A stretch of 32,000 nt of DNA. It comes from Opitutales bacterium. Its GTDB lineage: Bacteria; Verrucomicrobiota; Verrucomicrobiia; Opitutales; PNEW01. The translations under genes were made by a program, and so were the position numbers. Location: assembly GCA_965219535.1 (NCBI GenBank), contig CBDCNV010000002.1, positions 1,830,001 to 1,862,000 on the forward strand, given 5' to 3'. The notes beneath the pieces were generated by a model, which was not told the origin of the DNA, ran no database searches, and saw only the letters and a list, made by a program, of their open reading frames with translations. Below are positions 1-10,451 of this stretch, in pieces. Each line of letters opens with the position of its first letter. Within the stretch, counting starts at the first letter, position 1.

Positions 1-1
1 T

Positions 2-79
2 TCAAAACCTATCCTCATAACACAACTCAAGGATTCTCTAATTACTGCATTTGACGCGGCTAAATCGGGGATCGCTTGA
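2..79 (+). CDS. 3' end (25 codons) of a gene entering from upstream of the window; possibly the tail of a receiver-domain protein
   Basis: Frame 2 is open from the window edge to TGA at 77-79 and reads SKPILITQLKDSLITAFDAAKSGIA. The leading S-K-P-I resembles the conserved Lys-Pro near the end of receiver domains, and a sensor kinase follows. The fragment is too short to be sure. Confidence 0.25.
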   Translation, partial: SKPILITQLKDSLITAFDAAKSGIA

Positions 80-428
80 GGATATAAACATTTATAAATT
101 TTCCTCCAGGGAAAATTCGATATTTAATGTTCATTCTACGAGCGAAAAGTAAACTTATCCGCTTTTCCTGCGTTTATTTTTAGAGATTTCATTTATTATG
201 GCTCTGTTGTATTTTTAACTATTGATAATGAATAGATTCCAGACTATTTTTGATTGATTATTGATATTTAATAGGAGTATCGCTAAACACTACATATCGA
301 TATAATTTTTATTAGCTGAATTTCAAATTTGATTAAACTCGGTTTAGACACTGTCTATTTTTCAAGAAGTAGTACGTTACTAACCCGTTTTCATTACTTA
401 AAAGTTGAAAGATTGACAGCGAAAGATC

Positions 429-3014
429 ATGAGAGCTAAAGCATTGCGACCACGAGTGTCCATTGGCGGACTGGTAATAGTCGTCTTGGTCATTTTATTG
501 ATTATCGCTATCTATGAGTCCTTGTTGTTGTCGATGGAAATTGATCCGAGGCTGATACTCTCCAGTTTTGTCATCATCATTTTAGTCCTCATAATGATGG
601 ATTTCCGCCACCGAAGAAGCCGATTACAACAGTTAGCTATGGTGGCAGATTTGATTGGCCAAGGTAACTACGGTACGCGATCCGGGGAAAATACAACTGA
701 TGCACTCGGACGTCTCGCAACCTCAGTCAATAGAATGGCGGAAAAGATTCAAGTGTCTATCTCCGACTTTGAAGCGTCGCAGTATGAAATAGAAGATTCG
801 AGTACCAAACTTGAGGATCAAAACAGAGAGCTCGCTCTTTCGGTAGAGAGACAAGAGGAGTTTGGAGATTTTCTCTCCAAAACAGCATCCATTGATATCA
901 AGACGATCGCGGACACTGCGATGGAATATTTGATGGCAGTTTCGAATAGCCAGGTTGGCCTGTTTTATATTTATGAAGAACTGGATAAAGAACTCGTTAT
1001 AATGTCACAAAAGAGCCTGGACCAGGCATTTCTTCGCGTTCTCAATGAAGACGAAATATTGAAGGAGCTGCCCGAAGACGTCATGCGCAAAAAAAAGTGG
1101 ATTAGCTTGGATGATATAGAGGCGGACTTATTGCCAGATATCAATCTTGGGTTTTCGAAAGCCAAGGTAAGAAACATTTTTGGAATCCCGATTCTTTTTC
1201 AGGAAAATTTTCTCGGGGTCGTCATTCTGGCCGGACTGGGTAAAGTAGATGCTACTAACCGGCAGCACTTATCCAATTACATCGAAGTGCTCGCGAATTC
1301 TTTAATTAATGCATTTACTTACCAATCGGTACAAAAACAATCCGTTCTACTAGAGGAAGCAAATCAAGAACTGCTGGTCGCGCATAAACAAAAAAGTGAA
1401 TTCGTGGCTAATATGAGTCACGAACTGCGCACGCCACTCAATTCGATCATTGGTTTTTCAGGAATCCTGCAGAAAAACCGTAAGGAAAATCTTTTAGCAA
1501 CGGACGTGAACCGAGTCGAAAAGATAAATAAAAACGGAAAACATCTATTATCATTAATCAATGATATTCTCGATCTCTCAAAAATAGAAACCGGGAAAAT
1601 GGATTTCAACATAGAAGATACAGATATCGCTACGGTAGTACGAGATGTAGTCGAAATGTTGCAGCCGCAAGCGGACGCTAAAAGTCTGGAATTAAAAAGT
1701 GAGATCAATGATCCTGAAGTCAGAATGGAAACTGACGGTCATAAATTGAAACAGGTCTTAATAAATATGGTCAGTAATGCGGTTAAATTTACGAGTGAAG
1801 GATCAGTTACCGTTCGTTGTGATCTGTATGATGCAGAATCGAATAAAATGAGAATTAATGTTATAGATACGGGTATCGGTATTAAGCCTGAAAAATTGAA
1901 GGATATCTTTGAAGCTTATTCCCAGGCTGAGGATACAACAACCAGAGATTTTGGCGGTACAGGTCTAGGGCTTACAATTTCCCGGAACATTATTGAACAG
2001 CTCGGGGGTTCTATGAGTGTAACGAGTGAAGTAGGCAAAGGAAGTAACTTCATGTTAGATTTTACGGGAAAGGACGATAAATCATCGAACGAAGAACAGA
2101 TGGCCGTTAAGGAATCTGGTGAAACGAAAGATGTAAATACAGCAGCTGAAGAATCTGAAAAACTTAAAGAGTACAAATTACGCAGGCAGGAAAAAGGCAC
2201 GCCGTTTGTGATAGATAGTAAAACCGGAGAACAGGAATTAATCTTAGCGAAAAGTGAGATAGAATCCTTAGCTAAGGCCGAAGAATCAAAAATTGATCTC
2301 AAAGATCACCTACCCATCGCTCCGGGGAATCGAATTTTAGTTGTCGATGACGACCCAGACGCGCGTGAATTTATTGGTCAATATATTAAGGAAGTTGGGG
2401 CAGAATACCGAGAGTGCGGTGAGCCAGATAAGATATATGAAATTATCCAGGAGTATAAACCGGATCTTATTACAATGGACATAATGATGCCGCAGTGCAA
2501 TGGTTTGGAATTGATGATGCGATTGAAAAAGGATCCTGAATTGTCTAAAATTCCTGTAATCATTATCAGTATGGTAGCGGATGCTAATAGGAACAAGGCC
2601 ATCTCTCTCGGCGCCGTAGATGCTTTGTCTAAACCAGTCGTCCAAGCTGAATTTTTAGGTTGTCTTCGTCGGTCTCTAAATGTGAACGAGATCAAGGATA
2701 GAAAATTACTAATTGTAGACGATTCGACCGAGTACCAGGAATTGATTATGTTGTGGCTCAATGAAAATAATAATGAAATTCGAACTGCTGCAAATGGAGT
2801 TGAGGCTTTAAAAGTATTGGAGGTGTTCGAACCCGACGTTATTTTTCTCGATTTGATAATGCCGGTAATGGATGGGATTACTTTTTTAAAAGAATTCCGA
2901 GCACAGAAAAAGTTTTCCCACATCCCGGTTGTCGTTGTCACAGCTAAAGATCTCTCCCAGGAAGAGCGTGACTGGATCAATAACCAAGCGGGTAATGTCT
3001 TTTCAAAAGCTTAG
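429..3014 (+). CDS. Hybrid sensor histidine kinase (2 TM, HAMP-like, GAF-like, HisKA, HATPase, two receiver domains)
   Basis: 861-aa ORF. It has two N-terminal TM helices with a tiny loop, a HAMP-like segment ([16 protein letters not shown]), a coiled coil and a GAF-like region. The H-box is [14 protein letters not shown] and the ATPase boxes are NAVKFT, DTGIGI and [14 protein letters not shown] ~100-aa Lys/Glu-rich linker follows. Then come two receivers ([22 protein letters not shown] and [23 protein letters not shown]). Confidence 0.93.
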   Translation: MRAKALRPRVSIGGLVIVVLVILLIIAIYESLLLSMEIDPRLILSSFVIIILVLIMMDFRHRRSRLQQLAMVADLIGQGNYGTRSGENTTDALGRLATSVNRMAEKIQVSISDFEASQYEIEDSSTKLEDQNRELALSVERQEEFGDFLSKTASIDIKTIADTAMEYLMAVSNSQVGLFYIYEELDKELVIMSQKSLDQAFLRVLNEDEILKELPEDVMRKKKWISLDDIEADLLPDINLGFSKAKVRNIFGIPILFQENFLGVVILAGLGKVDATNRQHLSNYIEVLANSLINAFTYQSVQKQSVLLEEANQELLVAHKQKSEFVANMSHELRTPLNSIIGFSGILQKNRKENLLATDVNRVEKINKNGKHLLSLINDILDLSKIETGKMDFNIEDTDIATVVRDVVEMLQPQADAKSLELKSEINDPEVRMETDGHKLKQVLINMVSNAVKFTSEGSVTVRCDLYDAESNKMRINVIDTGIGIKPEKLKDIFEAYSQAEDTTTRDFGGTGLGLTISRNIIEQLGGSMSVTSEVGKGSNFMLDFTGKDDKSSNEEQMAVKESGETKDVNTAAEESEKLKEYKLRRQEKGTPFVIDSKTGEQELILAKSEIESLAKAEESKIDLKDHLPIAPGNRILVVDDDPDAREFIGQYIKEVGAEYRECGEPDKIYEIIQEYKPDLITMDIMMPQCNGLELMMRLKKDPELSKIPVIIISMVADANRNKAISLGAVDALSKPVVQAEFLGCLRRSLNVNEIKDRKLLIVDDSTEYQELIMLWLNENNNEIRTAANGVEALKVLEVFEPDVIFLDLIMPVMDGITFLKEFRAQKKFSHIPVVVVTAKDLSQEERDWINNQAGNVFSKA

Positions 3015-3262
3015 GTTATAAGCATAATGGGTTTAAATTGACTAGGCTTAACCTTTATTGAAGTAATATGCATAGGCGTAAATAATGAGATTTTTTATTT
3101 GTGATTATAACCTCTCATCTATTCATAAATCATAACGGGAATAATAAAATCCCCCTTTAAATTGAAGTATATCAATTACATGCTAGTGACCGTGCTCATT
3201 CATGACCTTATCTTAATCACAGTGGAGAGAATTAATATTTAACTATCTCACACGGATTTTAT

Positions 3263-4405
3263 ATGGAAACGGATATAAAAGTTAAGATGCAGGAGATGGG
3301 CATTCTCGTTGTCGATGACATTGAAGATAATATCGATTTAATTCTCGCGCTACTTGAGGAGGAGGAATATAATAATCTTTTAACGGCTTCAAACGGAAAG
3401 GAGGCCCTGAGTATACTGGAAGGTGATGAGAATATAGACTTGGTACTGTTGGATATCAATATGCCCGAGCTTAATGGCTATCAGGTCCTTGAGTATATAA
3501 AATCAAATGAGAAACTTAGGGTGATACCGGTGATTATGGTTTCCGCGCTTGATGAAATGGATAGTACCATCCGTTGCATTGAAAACGGGGCCGAAGATTA
3601 TATTACAAAACCTGTTGATGAAACATTATTGCTTGCGCGTGTTAATGCCAGCCTCGAACGTAAGTTCTTGCGTAATCAAGAAAGAGAGCTTTTCCGTCAG
3701 GTTGAAATTGAGAAGCAAAAGTCTGAGACCGTTCTCTATCGTGTACTCCCTGAAAGTGTTGCCGAGCGATTAAAAAAGGGTGAAGAAAATATTGCGGAGA
3801 CGATTGAAGACGTAACGATCGTTTTTTCCGATCTTGTTGGCTTTACGCGTCTTTCAAGTGATATGAGCCCAGATAGACTGGTTGAGATATTGAATGATAT
3901 TTTTCGATCATTTGATCACCTCGTTGCGGACTTAAAACTGGAAAAAGTAAAAACCATTGGTGATGCTTACATGGTAGTTGGAGGTATTCCTCCTCACAAT
4001 GAAAATCATGCGGATAGATGTATGGATTTTGCTCTATCTGCGTTAAATGAAATTGATGAATTTAGTAAAAAGTATGAGTTGGACCTTAAACTGAGAATAG
4101 GTATGAGCACCGGACCAGTAGTGGCCGGGGTTATCGGGCAAACGCGTTTTACCTACGATTTGTGGGGTGATACGGTTAATATATCAAGCCGTATGGAGAC
4201 ACTTTGTCTTCCCGGACTGATTCAAGTTGTTGAATCAACTTATTTGAAATTACAGGATAAGTACCCCTTTGCGCATCGTGGTGAAATTGAGGTCAAAGGG
4301 AAAGGTATGATGAAAACATATATTTCGGGAAGAGAAAATATAGATGAGATTGAAGCTCTTATTACTTCCGAAAATATTAAGGCAACGTCGTCAGGGAGTA
4401 GCTGA
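3263..4405 (+). CDS. Response-regulator receiver fused to a class III nucleotidyl cyclase (predicted adenylate cyclase)
   Basis: 380-aa ORF. The receiver has ILVVDDIEDN, LDINMPELNG and YITKP. A helical linker ends in LYRVLPESVAERLK. The class III cyclase core has VTIVFSDLVGFT, KVKTIGDAYMVVGG and FTYDLWGDTVNISSRME. The Lys (KTIGD) and Asp (YDLWG) sit at the base-specifying positions, which indicates ATP. Confidence 0.92.
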   Translation: METDIKVKMQEMGILVVDDIEDNIDLILALLEEEEYNNLLTASNGKEALSILEGDENIDLVLLDINMPELNGYQVLEYIKSNEKLRVIPVIMVSALDEMDSTIRCIENGAEDYITKPVDETLLLARVNASLERKFLRNQERELFRQVEIEKQKSETVLYRVLPESVAERLKKGEENIAETIEDVTIVFSDLVGFTRLSSDMSPDRLVEILNDIFRSFDHLVADLKLEKVKTIGDAYMVVGGIPPHNENHADRCMDFALSALNEIDEFSKKYELDLKLRIGMSTGPVVAGVIGQTRFTYDLWGDTVNISSRMETLCLPGLIQVVESTYLKLQDKYPFAHRGEIEVKGKGMMKTYISGRENIDEIEALITSENIKATSSGSS

Positions 4406-4529
4406 TCGAGCCTTTATTAGTTCTCTGAGTTCACCCGATGTATATAATATAGCAGAAAATATTCTGTTCTTTAATTCTGGAATGGATTTTTTGTATCGAT
4501 AATGATTTTAAGTATCTAGTTTGATAAGC

Positions 4530-5327
4530 ATGGATCGTATTACAAAAACATTTGCCACCGCACGTGACAAAGGTAGAACCTGTTTCATTTCTTATCTATG
4601 TGCGGGTGATCCGGATTTCGATACCTCCTTTCAAGCCTGTCGCAAATTGACAGAGCTTGGGGTTGATGTTCTGGAGCTGGGTATGCCGTTCTCCGACCCT
4701 CTAGCAGACGGGAATACGAATCAGCTTGCTGCTCAACGTTCTCTCGAATCGGGAATGAATCAAGCTAAGGTTTTTGAGTTGATTAGAAAGATACGAGCGA
4801 TATCTGAAGTTCCGATTGTACTTTATACATACTATAATCTTGTATACTCCCAGGGCGTTGAACCCTACCTGAAAATGGCTAAAGATGCGGGGGTAGACGG
4901 GTTACTTACGCTCGACTTGCCCCCTGAGGAAGCTGCCGATGTCATCGATAGTTGCCGGAAAATAGATTTAAAAAATATATTTTTAGTTGCCCCCACAACT
5001 CCTCCCAAGCGAATAGAATTTATTTCTAAATTTGCGAGTGGATTTATTTATTATTTATCGGTGGAAGGGGTCACGGGAGAAAGGGTAAGATTAGCTGACA
5101 ATATCAAAGAGGCGGTCGCGAACATAAAAAAATACACGCAACTTCCAGTAGCCGTTGGGCTCGGCATATCTACTGCTGACCAAGTTCGAGATGTTGCCTC
5201 TTCTGCAGATGGTGTTATTGTTGGCAGCGCATTGGTAAATTGTATAGCTTCCAACCCGAACGAACCAGAGCTTATCCTGAAACAGCTATCAAATAAGTTA
5301 TCAGAATTATTGGGCGGCCTGGCTTGA
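4530..5327 (+). CDS. trpA: Tryptophan synthase alpha subunit
   Basis: Motifs are ELGMPFSDPLADG, GFIYYLSVEGVTG and VAVGLGIS. I prefer ATG 4530 (MDRITK...) over the TTG at 4521 used by the ORF track; the stop is the same. Confidence 0.92.
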   Translation: MDRITKTFATARDKGRTCFISYLCAGDPDFDTSFQACRKLTELGVDVLELGMPFSDPLADGNTNQLAAQRSLESGMNQAKVFELIRKIRAISEVPIVLYTYYNLVYSQGVEPYLKMAKDAGVDGLLTLDLPPEEAADVIDSCRKIDLKNIFLVAPTTPPKRIEFISKFASGFIYYLSVEGVTGERVRLADNIKEAVANIKKYTQLPVAVGLGISTADQVRDVASSADGVIVGSALVNCIASNPNEPELILKQLSNKLSELLGGLA

Positions 5328-5445
5328 ATACTCTCTTCAGTGAGGAGTGCAAATTATTTTTAATTAAATTAGCAGTCTAGAATCGATATACTGCAGTTGT
5401 ATTCCCTAAAAATTAAGCAGATCCAAGCTCTTTAGCATTCTTGAA

Positions 5446-6372
5446 GTGGCGACATTGTATTTTATTGTAGGTCCGACGGCAGTTGGTAAGACAGAACTTT
5501 CAATTTCTTGGGCAGAATTAAATAATGCCGAAATCCTTTCTTGTGATTCATTACTTTTATACCGTGGAATGGATATCGGTACGGCCAAACCATCAGTCTT
5601 TAAGCGGAGCATAATAGTCCATCATGGAATCGACCAAGTTTCGATAAATACCCGCTATTCCGTCCACGATTATCTGCAACTGTCTCAAAAAGTAGTTTCT
5701 GATATTCATAATCGTGGTCTAAACGTTGTAATTGTAGGAGGTAGTGGTTTTTATCTAAAATCTTTTTTTCATCCCGTCGTAGACACGATCGATATACCAC
5801 AACACATCAGATCACAAGTCGACGAGCTATATGCTGAGAAGGGGAGAGAGGGCTTACTTGAAGAGCTGTTTAAGTGCAATCCAGACGGAACAGGCAAGCT
5901 TGCAATAGAGAATCCAAGAAGAGTTATAAACGCTTTACAGCGCTGCCTGGCCTCAGGCAAAACTCTGAATCAACTTAATTTAGATTTCGCTAAATTACGT
6001 TCGCCATTTGATGTCTTTGAAAGAAGGGTTTGTTTTCTTAACCGCAGTCGTGATGACCTTCTTCAACGAACGCGCCGGCGTGTTAAAAAGATGATCGAAG
6101 ATGGTCTCATAGATGAAGTAGAGCAGTTAATTGAGCAAGGGTTCGATGAAAATTTAAGCGCAGCTTCTGCAATTGGGTACCGTGAAACGATTGATTATCT
6201 AATAAATGGCGGCGAGAGAACAAAGTTGGAAGAGGACATTATCCAAAATACTCAAGGGTTGATTAAAAAGCAATTAACCTGGTTCAAAAAGCAGATACCG
6301 ATAGACCAGACATTATATCTTCAACCGCATGAAAATGGAAATCCTGAACAGGTGTTTACTAATAGCCCCTGA
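5446..6372 (+). CDS. miaA: tRNA dimethylallyltransferase
   Basis: 308-aa ORF with a GTG start. It has the P-loop GPTAVGKT, then SCDSLLLYRGMDIGTAKPS and AIGYRE, the typical MiaA layout. Confidence 0.92.
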   Translation: MATLYFIVGPTAVGKTELSISWAELNNAEILSCDSLLLYRGMDIGTAKPSVFKRSIIVHHGIDQVSINTRYSVHDYLQLSQKVVSDIHNRGLNVVIVGGSGFYLKSFFHPVVDTIDIPQHIRSQVDELYAEKGREGLLEELFKCNPDGTGKLAIENPRRVINALQRCLASGKTLNQLNLDFAKLRSPFDVFERRVCFLNRSRDDLLQRTRRRVKKMIEDGLIDEVEQLIEQGFDENLSAASAIGYRETIDYLINGGERTKLEEDIIQNTQGLIKKQLTWFKKQIPIDQTLYLQPHENGNPEQVFTNSP

Positions 6373-6424
6373 TTTTATCTGACCTCAGTTAAAAATAAGG
6401 AGAACCGTGAGTAATAGCTCGCGC

Positions 6425-8062
6425 CTAATTTGTCTGGGATTTATCCAGTTCATTAGATCTTAATTCTAAGATCAATGATTGACCGCTATAATAGTTAGTA
6501 GCTTGAACTATTTGACTCGAGGTTGATTCTAAAACGGAAAAATCGCTACTCTCCTCAGGGACAATTTTATTCTCGAGATGAACAAAATATCCATTGTTCT
6601 CAATGAACAGCATCGGAGTCACATCGCCAGGCGATAAATTCTCGACCGGGGTAAAAAGAGAAAAATTGAAGCCATCAGGTGGTTCGCGCCGGGTAAAATC
6701 CTTGTAGCTTTCTACGGAAAGATCCAGATTTTCAGCAATAGCTGAAAATAGCTTACCCTCTTTCAGGGCAGTAGTGAGATTACTGTTAATCGTTTTACCT
6801 TCTTCGATAAATAATCTTTTACGCTCACTTTCTTCATAATCTGTGAGAATGGATTCCCGGACTTCTTCAAAAGAGGGAATGTACTTTTCAACTCTATTTT
6901 CATTAATGAGAACTGCCGATCCATCTTGGGTTTTAATGATATCAGAAAAATATCTGCGCTCATCCAGATTAAAGGCGTCGATCAGAGCCTGACGTGATAT
7001 TTTAGTATCCGTCGGTGGATTTGTCCGGGAATAAAGTGGAATCGAAGCTTTATGCCCATTTTTATCGACAATAAGTTGGTTAAAGTCTTCTGAGTTTTTT
7101 TCGATTTTATCGCGATAGAGACGAAGAGTAAATTCATCAGCGGCTTCAGCAGTGAGCTGCCCCGCTTTTTCGTCCAGGTAAGCTTCTCTTACTTTTTCCT
7201 TTACATCGAAAAAGGTTAATTCTCTCTCAGTATTATCTTCATTTGAATCAGAATCATTTTTAAACCGGGAGGGTTGACTATCAAAAAAAGATTCAAGTTC
7301 GCTATCTTGCGGTGCTGCGATAGAATCACGAAAGTCAATAAGCGAGAAAACTATAGCCGTTACTTTTATCTGAGAGGGGACTTCATAGCGAAATTTATTA
7401 CCCTCGTAATAATTTAATAATTTTGATTCTTCGATTAAAATAAAGGGCTTGAAATCTTCATAGCTAAGTGAACCCACATTTACCGACCATAGGGTATTTA
7501 ACAGCTCAATTTGTTTTTTAACTTCAAATGGTTGAACATAACCGGGTCCGATCATCGCTTGTTGAACTTTTTCAATGCGATAATCTTCACTCATAGTCTG
7601 GGCCACTCGTTCTTGGGAGATTCTAGAGTCAGCTTGAATGGCATTTTTGAATATAAAGTATAGTTGCTCGTTGAATTTTCCATCTTCACCAATAAATGCG
7701 CGTTTAGTCGTGAGATAATCGCGCAACTGTTTATCGTTGGGTCCAGGGACACTGAGGTTTTCTGCCATCGCGAGATACGCGGTACGATTAAAAGCAAAGT
7801 CTTCAAGCATCTCCTGGCTGTAAGGGCGTCGTCCAGATTGTATCCATGCGCTGATTTCCGCTCCTAAAAAAATGGTTCGTAAATCGCGATCTGATGCTAA
7901 ATTGTAGCCGAAATAATCGATTTTACGTAAAGTATCTGCTTTCGACAGACCACTTCGTGCTGGAGTGATAGTAAAAACGAATGCGACTATCACCGGGGCG
8001 AGCAATAGAAGAAACATCCATTTACCGTATTTCTGAAAGATTGATTGGAGCCAGGTAAACAT
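6425..8062 (-). CDS. PpiD/SurA-N-domain-like periplasmic chaperone (no recognisable parvulin domain)
   Basis: 545-aa ORF. The N-terminus MFTWLQSIFQKYGKWMFLLLLAPVIVAFVF is the signal-anchor typical of PpiD-type chaperones. I could not see a rotamase signature. Confidence 0.65.
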   Translation of the reverse strand: MFTWLQSIFQKYGKWMFLLLLAPVIVAFVFTITPARSGLSKADTLRKIDYFGYNLASDRDLRTIFLGAEISAWIQSGRRPYSQEMLEDFAFNRTAYLAMAENLSVPGPNDKQLRDYLTTKRAFIGEDGKFNEQLYFIFKNAIQADSRISQERVAQTMSEDYRIEKVQQAMIGPGYVQPFEVKKQIELLNTLWSVNVGSLSYEDFKPFILIEESKLLNYYEGNKFRYEVPSQIKVTAIVFSLIDFRDSIAAPQDSELESFFDSQPSRFKNDSDSNEDNTERELTFFDVKEKVREAYLDEKAGQLTAEAADEFTLRLYRDKIEKNSEDFNQLIVDKNGHKASIPLYSRTNPPTDTKISRQALIDAFNLDERRYFSDIIKTQDGSAVLINENRVEKYIPSFEEVRESILTDYEESERKRLFIEEGKTINSNLTTALKEGKLFSAIAENLDLSVESYKDFTRREPPDGFNFSLFTPVENLSPGDVTPMLFIENNGYFVHLENKIVPEESSDFSVLESTSSQIVQATNYYSGQSLILELRSNELDKSQTN

Positions 8063-8175
8063 TATGTTTGGTGAATTAAAACTCCCATTAAAAGATTTTT
8101 AATCCATCAGTTATCAGGCTTGAATACATTATTAAGAGAATAGAAAAGCAGAAGTAAAATTCGGTATTATAAATT

Positions 8176-8439
8176 TTAAAAGAGATTAATAGCTTGAAAA
8201 CTTTCAAATATAATCCAAATACCTGCAACGATGACAATTATTACAAAACTAAAAAAAACATAACGGCGGCGCCTATAAGGAGATTCGTACTTACTTAAGT
8301 TAGATCGCCAAAATCGGGGTGATTGCAAATGTCCTAAGAATCCGGGCCCGAATAAAGGCTTATCGCTTTTACGATAGATTTTATATGCAGCCGCTTTATG
8401 TGAACGCCTGAATTTCCATCTAAAATACCACCTAAACAT
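8176..8439 (-). CDS. Hypothetical small tail-anchored membrane protein (87 aa)
   Basis: The ORF has a very basic N-terminal half (Arg/Lys/Trp-rich) and one C-terminal TM helix (VFFSFVIIVIVAGIWIIF). I recognise no family. A terminator-like hairpin lies 18 nt upstream of its ATG, which lowers confidence. Confidence 0.35.
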   Translation of the reverse strand: MFRWYFRWKFRRSHKAAAYKIYRKSDKPLFGPGFLGHLQSPRFWRSNLSKYESPYRRRRYVFFSFVIIVIVAGIWIIFESFQAINLF

Positions 8440-8453
8440 GGGAATGATTATCT

Positions 8454-8484
8454 AAAAAAATCAGTCGAAAGTAATAATCGACTG
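8454..8484 (-). terminator. Terminator-like hairpin plus U7 tract on the minus strand
   Basis: CAGTCGA (8462-8468) pairs perfectly with TCGACTG (8478-8484) across a 9-nt loop. On the minus strand the hairpin is followed by A-TTTTTTT (plus-strand A-run 8454-8460). Confidence 0.45.
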
Positions 8485-8644
8485 TTATCACAAAATTTTG
8501 TAATTAAGATAAAAGCAATCCTGCTCTTGGCAAGTTTTGAATTGTGCCGTTGCTTTAGAAATTCTTATTGGTTTATGCTATAAATAAGGAAAAATTTCAT
8601 AATATTGCCAGGGATCAAATTTAAGGCATTAACTATATATAAAT

Positions 8645-9418
8645 ATGAAAGTTACCACTCAAGTCATACGCAAACTGAAGGGCAATCGGCCAATAGTTGC
8701 CTTAACGGCATATGACAATATTACAGCCAGGATCCTCGATCGTTCAGGGGTGGATATCATTCTCATCGGGGACACCGTAGGGATTAGTTTTCTTGGATTC
8801 GAATCAACCGTGCCGGTGACTGTTGATATGATTTTGCACCATGCCAAAGCCGTTATGCGAGCAAAACCCAATGCCCTGGTGGTGGCCGATCTTCCATTTC
8901 CTGAAGCGCACCGTAGCATGGATCATCTTCTTGAATCTTGTCGGCGGCTAATGCAGGAAGCAGAAGTAGAAGCAGTAAAGCTTGAGGGGGGAGAAAATAT
9001 TGCGGCAAAAGTTGCTCAATTAATCGAAGCTGGAATTCCCGTTCTCGGACACATAGGGATGCTGCCTCAGCGTAAGCACCAACTCGGCAGCTATTACAAA
9101 GTGGGAAAAATACCAAAACGTAGAAATCAACTTTTAGTTGATGCGCAAGCGCTGGAAAAGGCAGGTGCCTTCGCCATCGTCGGTGAGAATATCGAAACGG
9201 GATTGTGCAAAGAAATCAGTGAAACGGTCAAAGTTCCCCTAATAGGAATTGGCAGCGGTCCTCACTGTGATGGTCAGATCCTTGTTTCTACAGATCTGTT
9301 TGGGCTTACGCCGGGCGAGATACCACCTTTTATAAAACCGTATATTAATCTCGCTGATGTCACGGCGAAGGCTGTTTCCAAATGGGCCGATGATGTAAAG
9401 CAGAAGAAATATCCGTAA
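8645..9418 (+). CDS. panB: 3-methyl-2-oxobutanoate hydroxymethyltransferase
   Basis: Motifs are LTAYD, IILIGDTVG, VKLEGG and GHIGMLPQ, over a 257-aa length. Confidence 0.95.
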   Translation: MKVTTQVIRKLKGNRPIVALTAYDNITARILDRSGVDIILIGDTVGISFLGFESTVPVTVDMILHHAKAVMRAKPNALVVADLPFPEAHRSMDHLLESCRRLMQEAEVEAVKLEGGENIAAKVAQLIEAGIPVLGHIGMLPQRKHQLGSYYKVGKIPKRRNQLLVDAQALEKAGAFAIVGENIETGLCKEISETVKVPLIGIGSGPHCDGQILVSTDLFGLTPGEIPPFIKPYINLADVTAKAVSKWADDVKQKKYP

Positions 9419-10419
9419 TGAATATATGTATCTTGGGGGCGGGCGCTTGGGGCACGGCGATGGCGGTCCATTTATCGTGTCTTGAACATACCGTTACTTT
9501 GGTTCCGCGACGTTTAGAGTTAGCGATGGAAATTGCGACGACGCGTGAAAATAAAAAGTATCTTCCCGGCTTCAATCTTGATTCCAATCTTCAAATAGGG
9601 AGTGAAGTTAAACCGGTCGTTATGGAAGCTGACACGCTCTTACTGGCCTGCCCCTCAAAATACTTACGTGCACTGTGCCAGGATGTGCGTAATCACCTGG
9701 GAGAGGCCCGACAATTAAAATTAATTATCACCTTAAGTAAGGGTCTTGAAGAAAAGACAAATAAAACTCCCATTGAAATTATTAAAGAAATATTACCTGG
9801 ATACAGGGTCGGCGCTCTCTGTGGGCCGAATTATGCTGGTGAAGTCGCCGCGGGAAAACCAACAGCCATTGTATTTGCAACTTCAGAAAGTAATGATGTA
9901 ACGAAATCTTTTCAACAAGCGATTAGCAACGAGAATTTACGGGTATATACTTCACAAGATGTAATCGGAGTTGAGTTGGGTGCTTGTCTCAAAAATGTCT
10001 ATGCCATTGCGGTAGGTATCAGTGATGGGCTTCAACTTGGCGACAACGCTAAAGCAGCACTGATCACGCGTGCCCTTTCAGAAATGGTTCTCGTAGGTAC
10101 TTCTCTCGGTGGCCGAGAAGAGACTTTTTACGGCCTCAGTGGTGTGGGTGATCTGGTTGCTACCTGTAATGGTGCCTGGAGCCGAAATCGATCTTTTGGT
10201 GAAAGGTTAGCGCAGGGTGACTCGGTGAAAGATTTAATCGAAAAACATGGGTTAACCGTCGAGGGTTACCGCTCTACAGCTTGCTTTTTTCAGATTTGTA
10301 AAAATAAAGGATTGCGAGCCCCCATTATGGAAGAAGTAAATGCTGTTCTTTATCATGACAAGCAACCGAAAATTGCATTAGTGGACCTGATGACGAGAGA
10401 ACTAAAAGCTGAATCATAA
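9418..10419 (+). CDS. gpsA: NAD(P)H-dependent glycerol-3-phosphate dehydrogenase
   Basis: It has an N-terminal Rossmann motif ILGAGAWGTAMA, then GPNYAGEVA and KNVYAIAVGISDGL. The ATG overlaps the panB stop (TAATG). Confidence 0.95.
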   Translation: MNICILGAGAWGTAMAVHLSCLEHTVTLVPRRLELAMEIATTRENKKYLPGFNLDSNLQIGSEVKPVVMEADTLLLACPSKYLRALCQDVRNHLGEARQLKLIITLSKGLEEKTNKTPIEIIKEILPGYRVGALCGPNYAGEVAAGKPTAIVFATSESNDVTKSFQQAISNENLRVYTSQDVIGVELGACLKNVYAIAVGISDGLQLGDNAKAALITRALSEMVLVGTSLGGREETFYGLSGVGDLVATCNGAWSRNRSFGERLAQGDSVKDLIEKHGLTVEGYRSTACFFQICKNKGLRAPIMEEVNAVLYHDKQPKIALVDLMTRELKAES

Positions 10420-10451
10420 AGATAGATCCGTATTTTCTTAATGGATGAAAA

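Noticed and set aside
2378-2980. 200-aa minus-strand ORF, plus 1916..2302, 2337..2645, 1418..1708 and 971..1177
   Set aside because: All lie antisense inside the well-supported histidine kinase gene. Their translations are Ser/Ile/Phe-rich and low in complexity, with no motifs. They are typical shadow ORFs of an AT-rich coding region.
4521-4529. TTG start for trpA
   Set aside because: An in-frame ATG three codons downstream gives the usual TrpA N-terminus. I cannot exclude the TTG start without homologue alignment.
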